A stretch of 64,000 nucleotides of DNA, from the NCBI GenBank assembly GCA_001244265.2, contig CDLV01000010.1:1-64000 (forward strand), written 5' to 3'. This document shows, in pieces, positions 27,454 to 38,655 of this stretch. The DNA is from Microbotryum violaceum (lineage: Eukaryota). Under the pieces are notes generated by a model. That model saw only the letters and a list, made by a program, of their open reading frames with translations, searched no databases and was not told where the DNA came from. Within the stretch, counting starts at the first letter, position 1. Each line of letters starts with the position of its first letter. A program made the position numbers and the translations under genes.

Positions 27454-29662
27454 TTTTTTTTTTTTTGTAGAACTTGTTCATCATATTGCCCCCAATTCCT
27501 GTTCCCCTGATTGGCTTACGGAAAAACTAGATGGAAGTCGACGATGATAACACAAACCGCCCGCAAGATGCGAGAAACGGGCCGGTCTCCACCAATCCGA
27601 TACTTGGGATTCAAGTGCCCCAGCCAAGCGGTTGCTCCCCCCAGGAGACGAATGAGAGAGAGAAGGAGAGAGAAAGAGAAAGAGAAAGGAGTAATAAAAC
27701 AATTTACTAAGCGACAAGAGGCCCACCCTGCCGTCACTTCCCAACTCGGTCGAGACAAAGACAGGAGATCGACTGCGCAACTACCCTGACCCGCGAAGTC
27801 CTAAGTCTATGCGCGGTCACAACAAGACGCGGTGGAGGCCCCTCAAAACCTCCACCTCAGCAGTCCCTGGCCCCTCAAAGCCGACTTTCTGCCTGTGTCT
27901 GCTGATCCCTCCCTTGACTCAGAACCCCGAAGCCAAAGAGCGCGAGTCACCGTCGAGTCAATCTCAAATCGCGAGCCGGTCCATGAGCAACGAAGGCAGA
28001 CCTGTAATAGATGAAAGATGAAAGCAAGATATTTAGTATACAGTGTTTTGTTGGAAGATGAAGCGTGATGGTGTGTGTGTGTGGGGTGTGGTGGGGGGAA
28101 ATCGAACCCAGCCTCTACTGCCCTCGCCCGCCCCTTGCTCCTCCCGCCCTCAACTTCATCCTCTCCTCCAGTACCACCCTCCTCCTCTCCACGCTTTCCA
28201 TCCTCGTCCCGTGCTTCTGCATCCTCCATCTCCCACTGCTGATCATCTCCAAAACCCCCGTGAAGATCTCGATCGTCCAGCCCGCCCCTTCCTGTTCGCT
28301 GAGCTTGGCCTTGAGCTTGGGGAGGCCAAAGAGCCGTTGCAGTGTCGTGTACTGAGCGTCCTCGATCGTGTCGCACCCGAGTGCGTCGCAGAGCACGCCC
28401 TTTGCCGCGATCCAGACGTTCCGCGAGTCAACGCAGCCGAAAAAGTAGTGGTCGGTGTCGTCCACCGGCGCTTCGCAGACGAGGCACGCGGGAGAAGTGT
28501 CGTGATTCTGTTGGTGTTGCAGCTTGCGCGTCGGGGTGAAGCGGAGAATCAGCTTGAACCAAACTTCCCTCTCCCTCGCCGTCAGTGCCTTCGAGTTGAC
28601 CGCCTTCCAAAAGCTCCTGAGGTCGTCCGGCTGCGGTGGTCCCTTGAGCCCGAGCGTGTTGGTAAAGGCCTTCGCGTTCAGGACCCGGCGGATGCGACGG
28701 ATGGTGTACGGTCGAGCCATGTTCAGCAGCTTGTACTGGCTCGCCTGCTGTGGAAGAACCGGGTCCGGAAGGCGCTGCTCCATTGCGAAGCGGGCCACGG
28801 GCTTGGGGAGAATCGCCTCGAGCGGTGCGCTGGTGCAGATCCGGGGAGGCACGTTGAGCCGTCCTGCCGCCACCGCCACCGCCACCGCTAAGGGCGTGTT
28901 CTTGTGTCGATCGACAGTGAACCGGTACCAGGCCGCGATTGCCAGTCGCTGCGGGAGCCCGCGTCGATCGTACTCGCTGTTGTCGCCGAGCACATCCGCC
29001 GGCGGCGTCCAAAGGTGAAACCCCCCACCCGCATACAACTCGCGCCGGTAGAGATCCGCCACCTTCGGGTAGCCCTGGAGACGAAGGTAGTCAGGTATAT
29101 GAACCGCGTCGATGGTCTGTCTCCCTCTGATGGGGGTGTGGAGGCTGCCGAGCAAGGTGGGAAGCGCGAGCAGGTTCGCGGTGGTCAAGGTCCTCGGGTT
29201 GACCTGCGCGTCTTGCTGTTTCGGAACCCCCAATGCTGCTCGCCATCGGGAATGGAGGTCGCTGGGGATGGGAGTGGATGGATGTGGCCAGAGATCGGTG
29301 GCCAGGTCGAGGTCGGACTGAGCTCGCTGGAGTGCCGCGCGCGCAAGTCCTTGCCAGATCGCGCCCGAACCGCCGAGAAGAACGTCCCAGATCCGTGCCG
29401 CAACCGCGTCCACGACGTCCTGCATCCTGATCACCCGAGTCCACCCTTGAGCTTGGCTGTGAACACGATATCTCTGCCGTAGCTGGTCCTGCCCTTGCCC
29501 CACGGACGAAATCGACGAGCATGTCATCGAGCTTCTTGACGACTTCGGGCGGCGGGATGTCGGCTGCAAGGAAGTGCAGGATCTTGGGGATGGCGTACCG
29601 ATTGACGTAAAAGGCACGGGTGTGGTGTGTGAGCCAGCGATGCTGAAACCCTTCCAGCGTCG
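27454..29662 (-). mobile_element. L1/Tx1-like non-LTR retrotransposon family 2, 5'-truncated, with poly(A) tail
   Basis: T13 at 27454-27466, ~650-bp 3' UTR, and ORF2 C-terminus ending at 28115 (YVNRYAIPKILH...; FWKAVN...WFKLILRFTPT...CLVCEAPVDDTDHYFFGC). Confidence 0.88.
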
Positions 29663-31215
29663 TTTTTTTTTTTTGACTGGGGCTCATAAATTGCAATCCT
29701 TCGGGTTGGCTGGGACCGCTACAAAAAGAGCTAAAGGAGGTTATAAAGCAACGACGGCAAGCAGTTGGGTGAAAGTCAAACCCCTGCGCGCAAAGAGCGC
29801 TGCGCAGATCAAAACCCGCCGAGCACCTAACGCGGACTCCAACGGGCGGTGAGTACTGCTGCCGCTTCACGTCCCAAGAGCGGGAGCAAAGATACTCGAA
29901 AACCAGGCAAGAGCGCCTAGAGAAAGAAGGGGGAGAGTATACAGAAAGTCACAACTGGGGATACGGAGAACCAGGAATACTAAGACAGAGAGGAGGGGAA
30001 CACACCCGAGGGGCCAAGGGAGGGGTCGAAGCCGGAGGTAGAGGTCTCCAGGGACTAACAGGCCGCAGCCAAGCCCCAGCTACTCGTCACCCCGACAGCG
30101 CTTGATGTCCTCCCTTGGCTAAATCTCGAGTGCTGGCTGTTGAGCCGTCGGGGCCGAGAGAAGAGCGATCCAGTACAACGAAACGAGCCTCGCCTTGACG
30201 TGAGGATATTGACCAGAAACGAGCGACCTTCCTTCCCGAGCCATGCCGTAGATCTTGACCAACGCGAACGAACGAACCATTCAACGGAATCCAACACACG
30301 GCTTAGGAGTAAAAGGAGAAGTGGCTGAAGCGTAGTCAACAACCGAGCAACAGGAACGAGAAGAGGAAGGGAAGGGAAAAAGGGGGGAAAGGAGAGGGAA
30401 AAACTTCACAAAGCCTCCAACGCAAAGACAATCGACCTGGCTTGCCGATCCATCCAAGAACAAAAAACCGCTACTGCGCAAAGTAGAGAGAGAGAGAGAG
30501 GTGCGCAGCCTTCCACTGCGCAACAAGTTCCAAGACAGTCAGCTCACAAAAGAGGAGTCGACCTCCGAAAAAGAAGGGAGGAAAGGAGGGGAGGAAAATG
30601 GGAAGGAAGGACTTAACTCGGTCATCACACCTCCCAATCTCGAACCCCAGGCACAAAACCCGCTCGAGAGAGAAAATCTCGCTCGAACGCTCTGAGTGCA
30701 CTGGGGAGCGAGGGAGGGGCCACGACCTTGTCCAGCTCGAACCGCTGATGAACGCGCCAGCGGAGCAGGTGCAGCCGCTGGAAGCCGATCGCGCAGGCCA
30801 GCCGAACCCACATCCATCTCGAGGTCGTTCTCCCACGACCCCGCAAAAGGGGGAGCCCCATAGTCAGCTGCTCCGGAGTGAACGTCGACGGATCGACGTC
30901 GGTATCCTCGATGCCCAGCTTGTCGAACAGAATGCGAAGCACCCCACCCCAGAAGCTGGTCGAGTACGCGCACTCGAAGAAGTAGTGCGACACCGTCTCG
31001 ATGACCGCTGCATCGTTGCCGCAGAACAGACACGTCGGCGAAGAGGCATGACCCTGAGTATGCTGCCTCTTGCGCGTCGGCGTCACGTCGTACATGAGCC
31101 GCCAGTGGGTGTCCTGCTCCACAGCAGACGCAAACCGGTCATGAAGCCATCTCCAGAAGCGCTTCCTATCGCTCTGAGAAGTCCCATCACGGAAACGCTT
31201 GACACGATCCTCTCG
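29663..31215 (-). mobile_element. L1/Tx1-like family 1, 5'-truncated, with complete ~950-bp 3' UTR and poly(A) tail
   Basis: T12 at 29663-29674, 3' end ...ATGAGCCCCAGTC(A)n, zf-RVT ORF end with stop at 30625. Confidence 0.88.
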
Positions 31216-31418
31216 TTTTTTTTTTTTTTTTTGACTGGGGCTCATAAATTGCAATCCTTCGGGTTGGCTGGGACCGCTACAAAAAGAGCTAAAGGAGGTT
31301 ATAAAGAAACGACGGCAAGCAGTTGGGTGAAAGTCAAACCCCTGCGCGCAAAGAGCGCTGCGCAGATCAAAACCCGCCGAGCACCTAACGCGGACTCCAA
31401 CGGGCGGTGAGCTCTCGC
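31216..31418 (-). mobile_element. Family 1 3'-terminal stub (~180 bp plus tail)
   Basis: T17, then sequence nearly identical to 29675-29853. Confidence 0.9.
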
Positions 31419-31970
31419 TTTTTTTTTTTTGTAGAACGCCTTTTTTTTTTTTGTAGAAAACGTTCATCATATTGCCCCCAGTTCCTGTTCCCCCTGTTTT
31501 GGCCTACGGAAAAACTAGATGGAAGACTACGATGATAACACAAACCGCCCGCAAAAGTGCGAGAAACGAGCCAAGTCCACCAATCCGAGATTCGGATTCA
31601 AATGCCCTAGCCAAGCGGTTGCTCCCCCCAGGAGACTAATGAGAGAGAGAAAGAGAGATGAAGAGAAAAAAAGAAAGAAAAGAAATGTACTAACGACAGA
31701 AGGCCCACCCCACAGCCACTTCCCACTCGGTCGAGACGAAGACAAGAGCACGACTGCGCAACCACCACGACCCTCGACGCTCCAAGTCTCTGCTCAGTCA
31801 CAACAAGACGCGGTGAAGGTCCCTCAAAACCTCCCCCATCGGCAGTCCCTGGCCCCTCAAAGCCGACTTTCTGCCTGTGTCCGCTGATCCCTCCCTTGAC
31901 TCAGAACCCCGAAGCCGAAGAGCGCGAGCCACACCGAGTCGACGCCAAATCGCGAGATGGTCCAAACGCC
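31419..31970 (-). mobile_element. Family 2 micro-stub (T12-GTAGAACGCC) followed by family 2 3' UTR stub (~515 bp plus tail)
   Basis: 31453-31963 aligns with 27467-27983; both start (T)n-GTAGAA. Confidence 0.88.
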
Positions 31971-32015
31971 TTTTTTTTTTTTGTAGCCTTTTTTTTTTGT
32001 AGCCGTTTTTTTTTT
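31971..32015 (-). mobile_element. Two family 2 micro-stubs (T12-GTAGCC, T10-GTAGCCG) and terminal T10 (putative target tract)
   Basis: GTAG right after each T tract equals the last 4 nt of family 2. Confidence 0.6.
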
Positions 32016-32064
32016 GAAATGTTGATTTTATAAAGGCAAAACAAAGATCACCCTAAGCTTCTGT

Positions 32065-32146
32065 GCTTTCGTGGTGTAGTGGTTATCACATATGCTTTAC
32101 ACTCATTGGACGCATCAGGTCCCCGGTTCGAACCCGGGCGAAAGCA
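32065..32146 (+). tRNA. tRNA-Val(TAC) with ~9-nt canonical intron
   Basis: Acceptor stem GCTTTCG/CGAAAGC, A box TGGTGTAGTGG, anticodon TAC at 32098-32100, intron ~32102-32110, T arm CCCGG-TTCGAAC-CCGGG. Upstream TTTATAAA at ~32027. Confidence 0.92.
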
Positions 32147-32155
32147 TTTTTTTTT
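32147..32155 (+). terminator. Pol III oligo(T) terminator
   Basis: T9 directly after the discriminator base. Confidence 0.85.
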
Positions 32156-33172
32156 GTTGCTTTCTGGCAAGTCCCAACAGCTGACCGGTAGTCTTTCCAT
32201 AGGCCACTATTCCACGACCCTATTGCCATCCTCAGATTCCTTTGCCGGAGGTGACCAAGCAGTATCGCGCAGTTGCGGTCGACGTGACTTGAATGATCTC
32301 GCGAGTGTCACTCGTGTCTTCCTCCTTGCCACCTCAAGGCCTCTGGCATGCGCTTCACCGCTCCCCGTGCCCCCAAGGCCCAGCAGCCTACGAAACGCTC
32401 TACGAGACGCTCTGCCAGCGTTTCCGGTCGTTCACTCTGCACCGACGCACCGTCGCAGTCACCACTTCGCCGACAAAGACTCGCCGGGCGACATGAGTCG
32501 AGGCCTAATTCTCAGACACCCGGCTTCTACGTACTTCGATCGTCCGTATCACGACTCGCAGACTCGAATATGACCGTGTCTATCATCGGGACGGACTTTG
32601 ATGCATCAACTGCAGGCAGCGTCAGGTCCACTCGCTTCGCCACTCCCTGCCACGCCCGACGAGTGCACAGCCCATCTCTCCCACATCTTCGACCCACATC
32701 TTCGACCCACATCCAGCCCACCGGATGTGTACACCCAGTTCCCGTATCTGAGGCCCAGATCGACGCTCAGTAAGCAGGTCCTCCGCTTCGCAGCTTGAAT
32801 CAGCCAGATCGGCCAACTCCCGCTGCCAATCGAATCTGAGCTGAGCTCATTATGCACTGTGAGCAGGCACAGACTCTTCCGGAACACGACGAATGTTGAG
32901 CAAAATTCTTGCACCATCTTTTGACAAGACAGCAGCAGTGTTTGGCTCAATCCGCACTCGTTTGTCGATCCTGTGCTCGTTGAGAACGCCCGACACTCGC
33001 AATAATACGTAACCCCATCCTACCAACACCCCAGGACCCTGCTCAACTCTCCACCGAATCCGTCGAGCTCCGACTAGTTTGCTGTGTTGAGCCCGTCCAC
33101 GACCATCAACACTCGCCACGTTCTGACTCGCTGCCTTGGGACACTGCGACATGAACGAGATCGATGTTGAGG

Positions 33173-33425
33173 AGTCTGTGCCATGTGGTATTTGGCAATT
33201 GCCCATATATACAGTGGATTTCAGCAGTGCACGAGCAATTGACCGTGCACCTCGATTTGACGGTTTTTGGCTTGTGCCGCCCTTCAACGTCGAAAAAGTG
33301 GATTTCAGCAGTGCACGAGCAATTGACCGTGCACTGTCAATTTTCATTTTCACTGGGAATTTGGGGTTCTATTCCAAAACGTATCCCGGAAATGGCCTGT
33401 ACCCCACCTATGATACGTATATACC
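33173..33425. repeat. 84-bp tandem-array element, copy 3 (minimal, ~1.5 units, both termini)
   Basis: Same left and right termini as copy 2. Confidence 0.93.
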
Positions 33426-34265
33426 TGAGTGAAACACTCACCACATTATAGATCGTATAGCGAGTGGACTTTCGGTGATCTCGGTGATCGAGCACGTGTC
33501 GCATTGACGACGCTAGAGCAATGCACCAACGTATGCAAGAGAGAACGTCGCTGAAATTAATATCGGCTTCTCAAATTGGATGTTGAACGAATTATGTTCA
33601 AGACGAGGGGGCCAGAGTCGTTGAAAGCCGTGTTGTACGGTCATACCGTGCCCGCCTCGGGCCTCACTCGACGTGTCCAACACTTGTCGAGAGCGCCCAA
33701 CACGGCCGTTTCCCGAGTGGGTGCTGTGTCATCGTGGAGAGAGGGCTTCGTGTCGGCAAGCCGCGTTGTGGAGAGGGGTGAAGATGAATCGAATCGAGTG
33801 GCGCGAGTGGTGCGAGGGAGAGGCAGGAGGGAAAGGAGCAGCGGCGCGCGCGCAGCCAACGTCGACGATCCGACAGCGACCAGAGTAAGCCAGAGTAATT
33901 GAGTCTATTCAGGATGCAGTATAGCACAAAATAAGGTATAGTCGCAATAAACAAACAGCCGTCTACGCGTCGTCAGGGTCTGCCTCACCTCACCTCCGGC
34001 GACTGTCTGAATCCCGAAATGGTTTTCTGTTTCGAAGATCGCGAGTGTTCTCGGCCGAAGGCCCCTAATAATGCCGCACAAGGATCGGGGACAGCGCGCA
34101 AGAGCAACTGGAGAAGAGCTTGCGGGAGGACTTGGCATTTGGTATTTGGGAAGTGCACAGAATATACAGCCAAAGCTCAAGTCATGCTCACACGACATAC
34201 GAGAAAGAAAAAAGCAAAGTGTCCACCTCATATCACTCATCGCAATCTCATCCTTCTCGGTCAAC

Positions 34266-37200
34266 TCAGGTTCTCATCTCGACGAAATTCGAAGGGAACA
34301 AGCCCTGCCCTTCCCCATTCATCCGCACGCCGTGCCACCACCCATCAGGCTAATTCAACACCGATAACAAGCGAAAAATCAGCGTTCCACTCCCGCTCGC
34401 AAATTCAACCTCTCATCAACTCACCTCCGTCTTGGTGACAGCAATCACATCCCCGGCCCTGAAAGTAAACTCCTCCGCCATAGTCGCCGTATAATCATGC
34501 AACGCATTGACGTAAAACTCAATCGGCTGCCCATCCGCCGTGACCTGACCTGTCGGTAGCGGTCTCCCACCGCCTGCCGAGACGGTCGACATCGCTTGTT
34601 GCGAATGTTGGGGATGTTGTTGGTACGTCCCCTGTTGCTGGAACCCCTGGTGTTGAGGCGCGTACATCGACGCATGCGAAACGGACGAAACACCCGAATG
34701 TGTACTCGCTTTGCGATCCATACTCCCTTGCGCAGGACTGTTCGACGAAACGGACGAGAACGCCGGCGAGGGCGCGTAGCTCGACGGTGAAGCTACAACC
34801 GAAGGTGGGGGTTGGAAATATTGGGAAGGCGCGGGGGAGACGGTCGAGTAGGGTGAAGCGACGGAGACAACTGAGGGGGAGGATCGATAACTAGCTGGGT
34901 AGCCTTGGGCGACGGAGTTGTAATGCGACGCGGAGACAGGTGGAGGGGGTTGGAATTGAGGCATATAGACACCCTGCAACGAAGGCGGAGGCGAGATAGC
35001 GCCGGCGACAGGAGAGAACGCCTGCGGACCTGGACTCGGTGCTCGAGCGGCATACATTGGCTGGGCTTGAGGTGCTCCGAAGCTACCGACGGACGAGGGA
35101 GGAGCACCTGATGGAACGCGATGATGACTTGACGCCGTCGAAGGAGGGTTCGCGTACGACCCCGCTTGACCGAAGTTCGATTGCGAGCCAAAGTGGTGCG
35201 AGTACGATGCGGGAACCATCGAAGGTGGGTTCGGAGGGTGGGCCGCATATCCACGATGCTGAGGCTGCTGCTGCTGCTGTGGCTGAGAGCTATAAACGTA
35301 TCCATTCTGCTGACCAGGTTGAGGCGAGCTCGATCGTTGAGGGTTCGGCGAAGGTGAATGAGGTCGCAACGCATTCGGATGGAAAGGCTGCGGACTAGGC
35401 GATCTACCTCTCGCACCAACACCGGCATTGTTCTGACCCGTCGCAGCTGCAGGAGGCGGTCCAACCGACTGACGCTGCGCCAACCGTTCGTTCATACTCT
35501 GCCTCGACGAAGGTCGCGATGAATGACCAGTCGAAGACGAAGGGGGCGGTTGCATCATCGTCGCACTCGGGGATCGAGATCTCGCTAACGTTGCCGAAGG
35601 GTGATGCGAGCTCTGTCTCGACGAAGGACGAGGTTGAGACCCGGGAGGAGGCTGCATCATCATCGCACTAGGTGATCTCGGTCTCGCGCTCGATGCCGCC
35701 GAAGGTGCTCCATTCGAAGGATGTCCCAAACTCGACTGCGAGTGCGGCTGTCTGCCTCGAAGGTCCGCACTCGACCGAGGAGACGCCAATTGCTGCGCCT
35801 GGCTCTGGCTCGTATGCAACTTCTCCAACGCCTTCAGAATCGGATCCATCTCGTAATCGTCCAAAGGTCCGGGACCTGTCGGCTTGGAAGGTGTCCTCTG
35901 ATGCGTTTGGGAAGAGAGGACTTGAGGCTGCGAGGTCGATCTCGTATACGCCGACGGCGCACTCGGCGCCAGGTTCTCCTTTATCGCCGAAGTCGACATT
36001 GCCTGACCTGGTCCTTCGTATCGAGCAGCGGCATTGGCGGATTCAGTCGTATGCGAAGGCGATCTCTGGAACGCCGAGGCAGGTGCATGGCCCGCCTTCG
36101 CCGAAGATCCCGAAATAGGTCGTTCGGCATTGCTCTTGAGGTTCGCCGAAGGAGAGACGGCAAAGCGAGTTGGCTCGCTGCTCAGTGCGGCATCCCCACT
36201 TCCTCGTGACGGGACCGCATCTTGGTCAGGCATCGAAGGCGTCATCGGCGATGTGGAAAGGGGTACATCGTTGTGCTGTTCTCGAGCAGTCGTCGTCGCG
36301 ATCGGTGCGGGCTCCGGCCGAGCAGCCTGTTGAGGATTACGAATCGCCTCGGGTGCGTTTTGGAACGCTCGTCCAATATCGGTGACGGCTAGAGGAGTTT
36401 GCTGAACACCGGGGATGCGCGTCGACGATCGCTTGAAGTTGGCGATCTTGTAATTCTGTTTGCTGGCGGTGTGCTTTTGCGAAAAGTCGACAAAGGGGAG
36501 CGGGTCTGTTCGATCGAGGAACAATGCGATGGGGGATCAGTTGCACGTTCTTGAGCCATGCCTACTTCCGTCCACGTATGGCGACTCACCCGGAATACAC
36601 CTGCCCGTCGCCGACTGCTGCACAAAGATCTTGATGTCGGTCGTTGCATCGCACTGCTCGAGTGCAGTCCTCAGGCGCTCGGCACCATCATCCTCAGCCA
36701 TCGCAACGACCGAGATACCGTTGGCCCAGTCCCATACGCGGCACTTGACGAAATCGACGCGTTCCTCTTCTTGGTCTTGCGCGATCTGATGAGAACTCGA
36801 GAGGGCTAGATCAGCACTGCTTGCGCAAACAAAACTACCCAAGTTGCACCAACTCACGTCGCAATAGTTCTTCCACGCCTCGTTCCATACGCGAGTCGTA
36901 TCCTTGAGCACGCCGACATAGTTGCGATAATCGCGCTCGTTGACCTGCACGGTCTGCTGTGCCTTGTCGAGCTTGGTCTGAGCCTGTGAGTCAAACCTAA
37001 GTTAGGACACTTTGGCTCCCGACTATGGTGATCGTATACGTAGAATCGGCGCGTCGACGCACCTTGTCCAGTCCACGGCCTTGTAACAACGACGCTTGGG
37101 CGTGGAGGGCGTTGATGCTCATAGCGTCCTCTTCGTACTTGGCTTTGGCCTGCGGGACGAATACACGGCCAGCACATCAGCAGCTTTCACATCCCAATCC

Positions 37201-38067
37201 TCCAGTCCCACTCACCTTGAGCACATGGTTTCGCTGATTCGCCAATGTTTTCCACGTCTTCTCCGTCGTCGCTTGCGCCTGAGCTCGACAGGACCAGAAT
37301 CAGTTTGACCTGCTCGACGACTCGCATTGATCGGATGCACCCTCTCCCTCGCTCACATTCTTCCTCGCACTCTCCCTCTTGGCGACGAAATCGGCGATCT
37401 GGGCATCCTGCTGTCTGAGGAAAGCGGCAAAGTCCTGATGTGCTTTGGACTGTACTTCGAGTTCGGACTTGGCCTGTCGGATCGCTCGTTCGAGATGGCT
37501 GGGGGGTACTCGCGCATAGTCGAGTCAGTTTCGAGTGAAGCTCTGCAGGAACTTGTTTCACGCGGAGCAAACGGTATGTGACATACGCCGTTTCAGCCGT
37601 TCCAAAAGGATGTTTAGCCAACTTGAAGATCCTCTTGGCGTATTCATCCTCGATCGTAGACCTGTTTGTTCCGCCATTCGCCACACAAGACTGCATCAGC
37701 TCCTCTACGCGCCCCGCCTAACCCTGTTCTGTCCCCCCGCTCACCGTTCTTTCAACCAAGCCCTCATATCCTCCAACGATCTAGTTCCCGCCTTGATCCG
37801 TCCCCAAACGACCTCTACACCTTCCTTCCCCCACTCCTCCGCCTCCTCATTAATCCCATTCGTCGTCCTCTTCCTCACTCCCGACGACCAAAAAGCGTTA
37901 CAAAAGTCCAGATCGGATTCTTGAGCCGGGGAAGAGGGTGAGTAAGGTAATTCATGGGACGAGTGGTTCGTCGATGCCGAGTTCGTGTTCGTGTTCTGAG
38001 ACAGGGACAGGGACTGGGTTAGGGGGGTCGATAGGGACGCGGACGCGCTCGAGGCGACGTTGGGCAT
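34266..38067 (-). CDS. F-BAR/SH3 cytokinesis protein (Hof1/Cdc15/Imp2-like), multi-exon
   Basis: DFCNAFW...G...VWGRIKAG...WLKER/STIEDEYAKRI (FCH), QEEERVDFVK...W, a long P/S/Q linker, and SH3 ALHDYTATMAEEFTF...PDGWWHG...GLFPSNFV. Confidence 0.9.
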
Positions 38068-38655
38068 CGTAGAGGCCTCGTCTGGTCTGGTCGGGGGGTT
38101 TGGCCTAGTTCGAGGTGGAGTGAAAAGAGTCTGGTTTCGTGAGAGCGTATTAAGGTGTGCGCAGCCGCGAGTATGTGCAGAGCAAGAGACCAAAAAGGTA
38201 ACTCAAACCTTGACGAGAGAGAGACGCGACCGCCCGCCTCCCCCGCCGTTGCGCGTGACGAACGCCCAACAAAAGCGCGGCCGAGCGCGGCCGACCGAGA
38301 GCCGAGTTGAATGACGCATCCAAATTCAACAGCTTCGACCCTCGGAGAGACAGACGACTTCCTCGCTCCCTCGCACCCTCCGAGTCACCTGCCATAAGCG
38401 TCCACCAACTGACACACAAAACGATCGTCCTTGATTGATGGTGATCTATTTCAAAGCAAAACCCAAACTAATGAAGATGTACGAGGAAAGCAGGACGATG
38501 AAATTCCCCAAGACACTGATGCCGCCCAAGCCCCGCTCGCTCGAAAAAAAATCGGTCACTCGGCGACGACCACTTGACGACAGCCACTCGCGACAGCCAC
38601 TCGGCGACAAGGACTCGACGACGACCCATCCTCTCCCTCCCCCAACACCACCGCT

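Noticed and set aside
29680-29689. GGGCTCATAA near the family 1 3' end, matching the tRNA-iMet arm/Copia PBS
   Set aside because: Only 10 bp, with no other tRNA or LTR features; likely chance.
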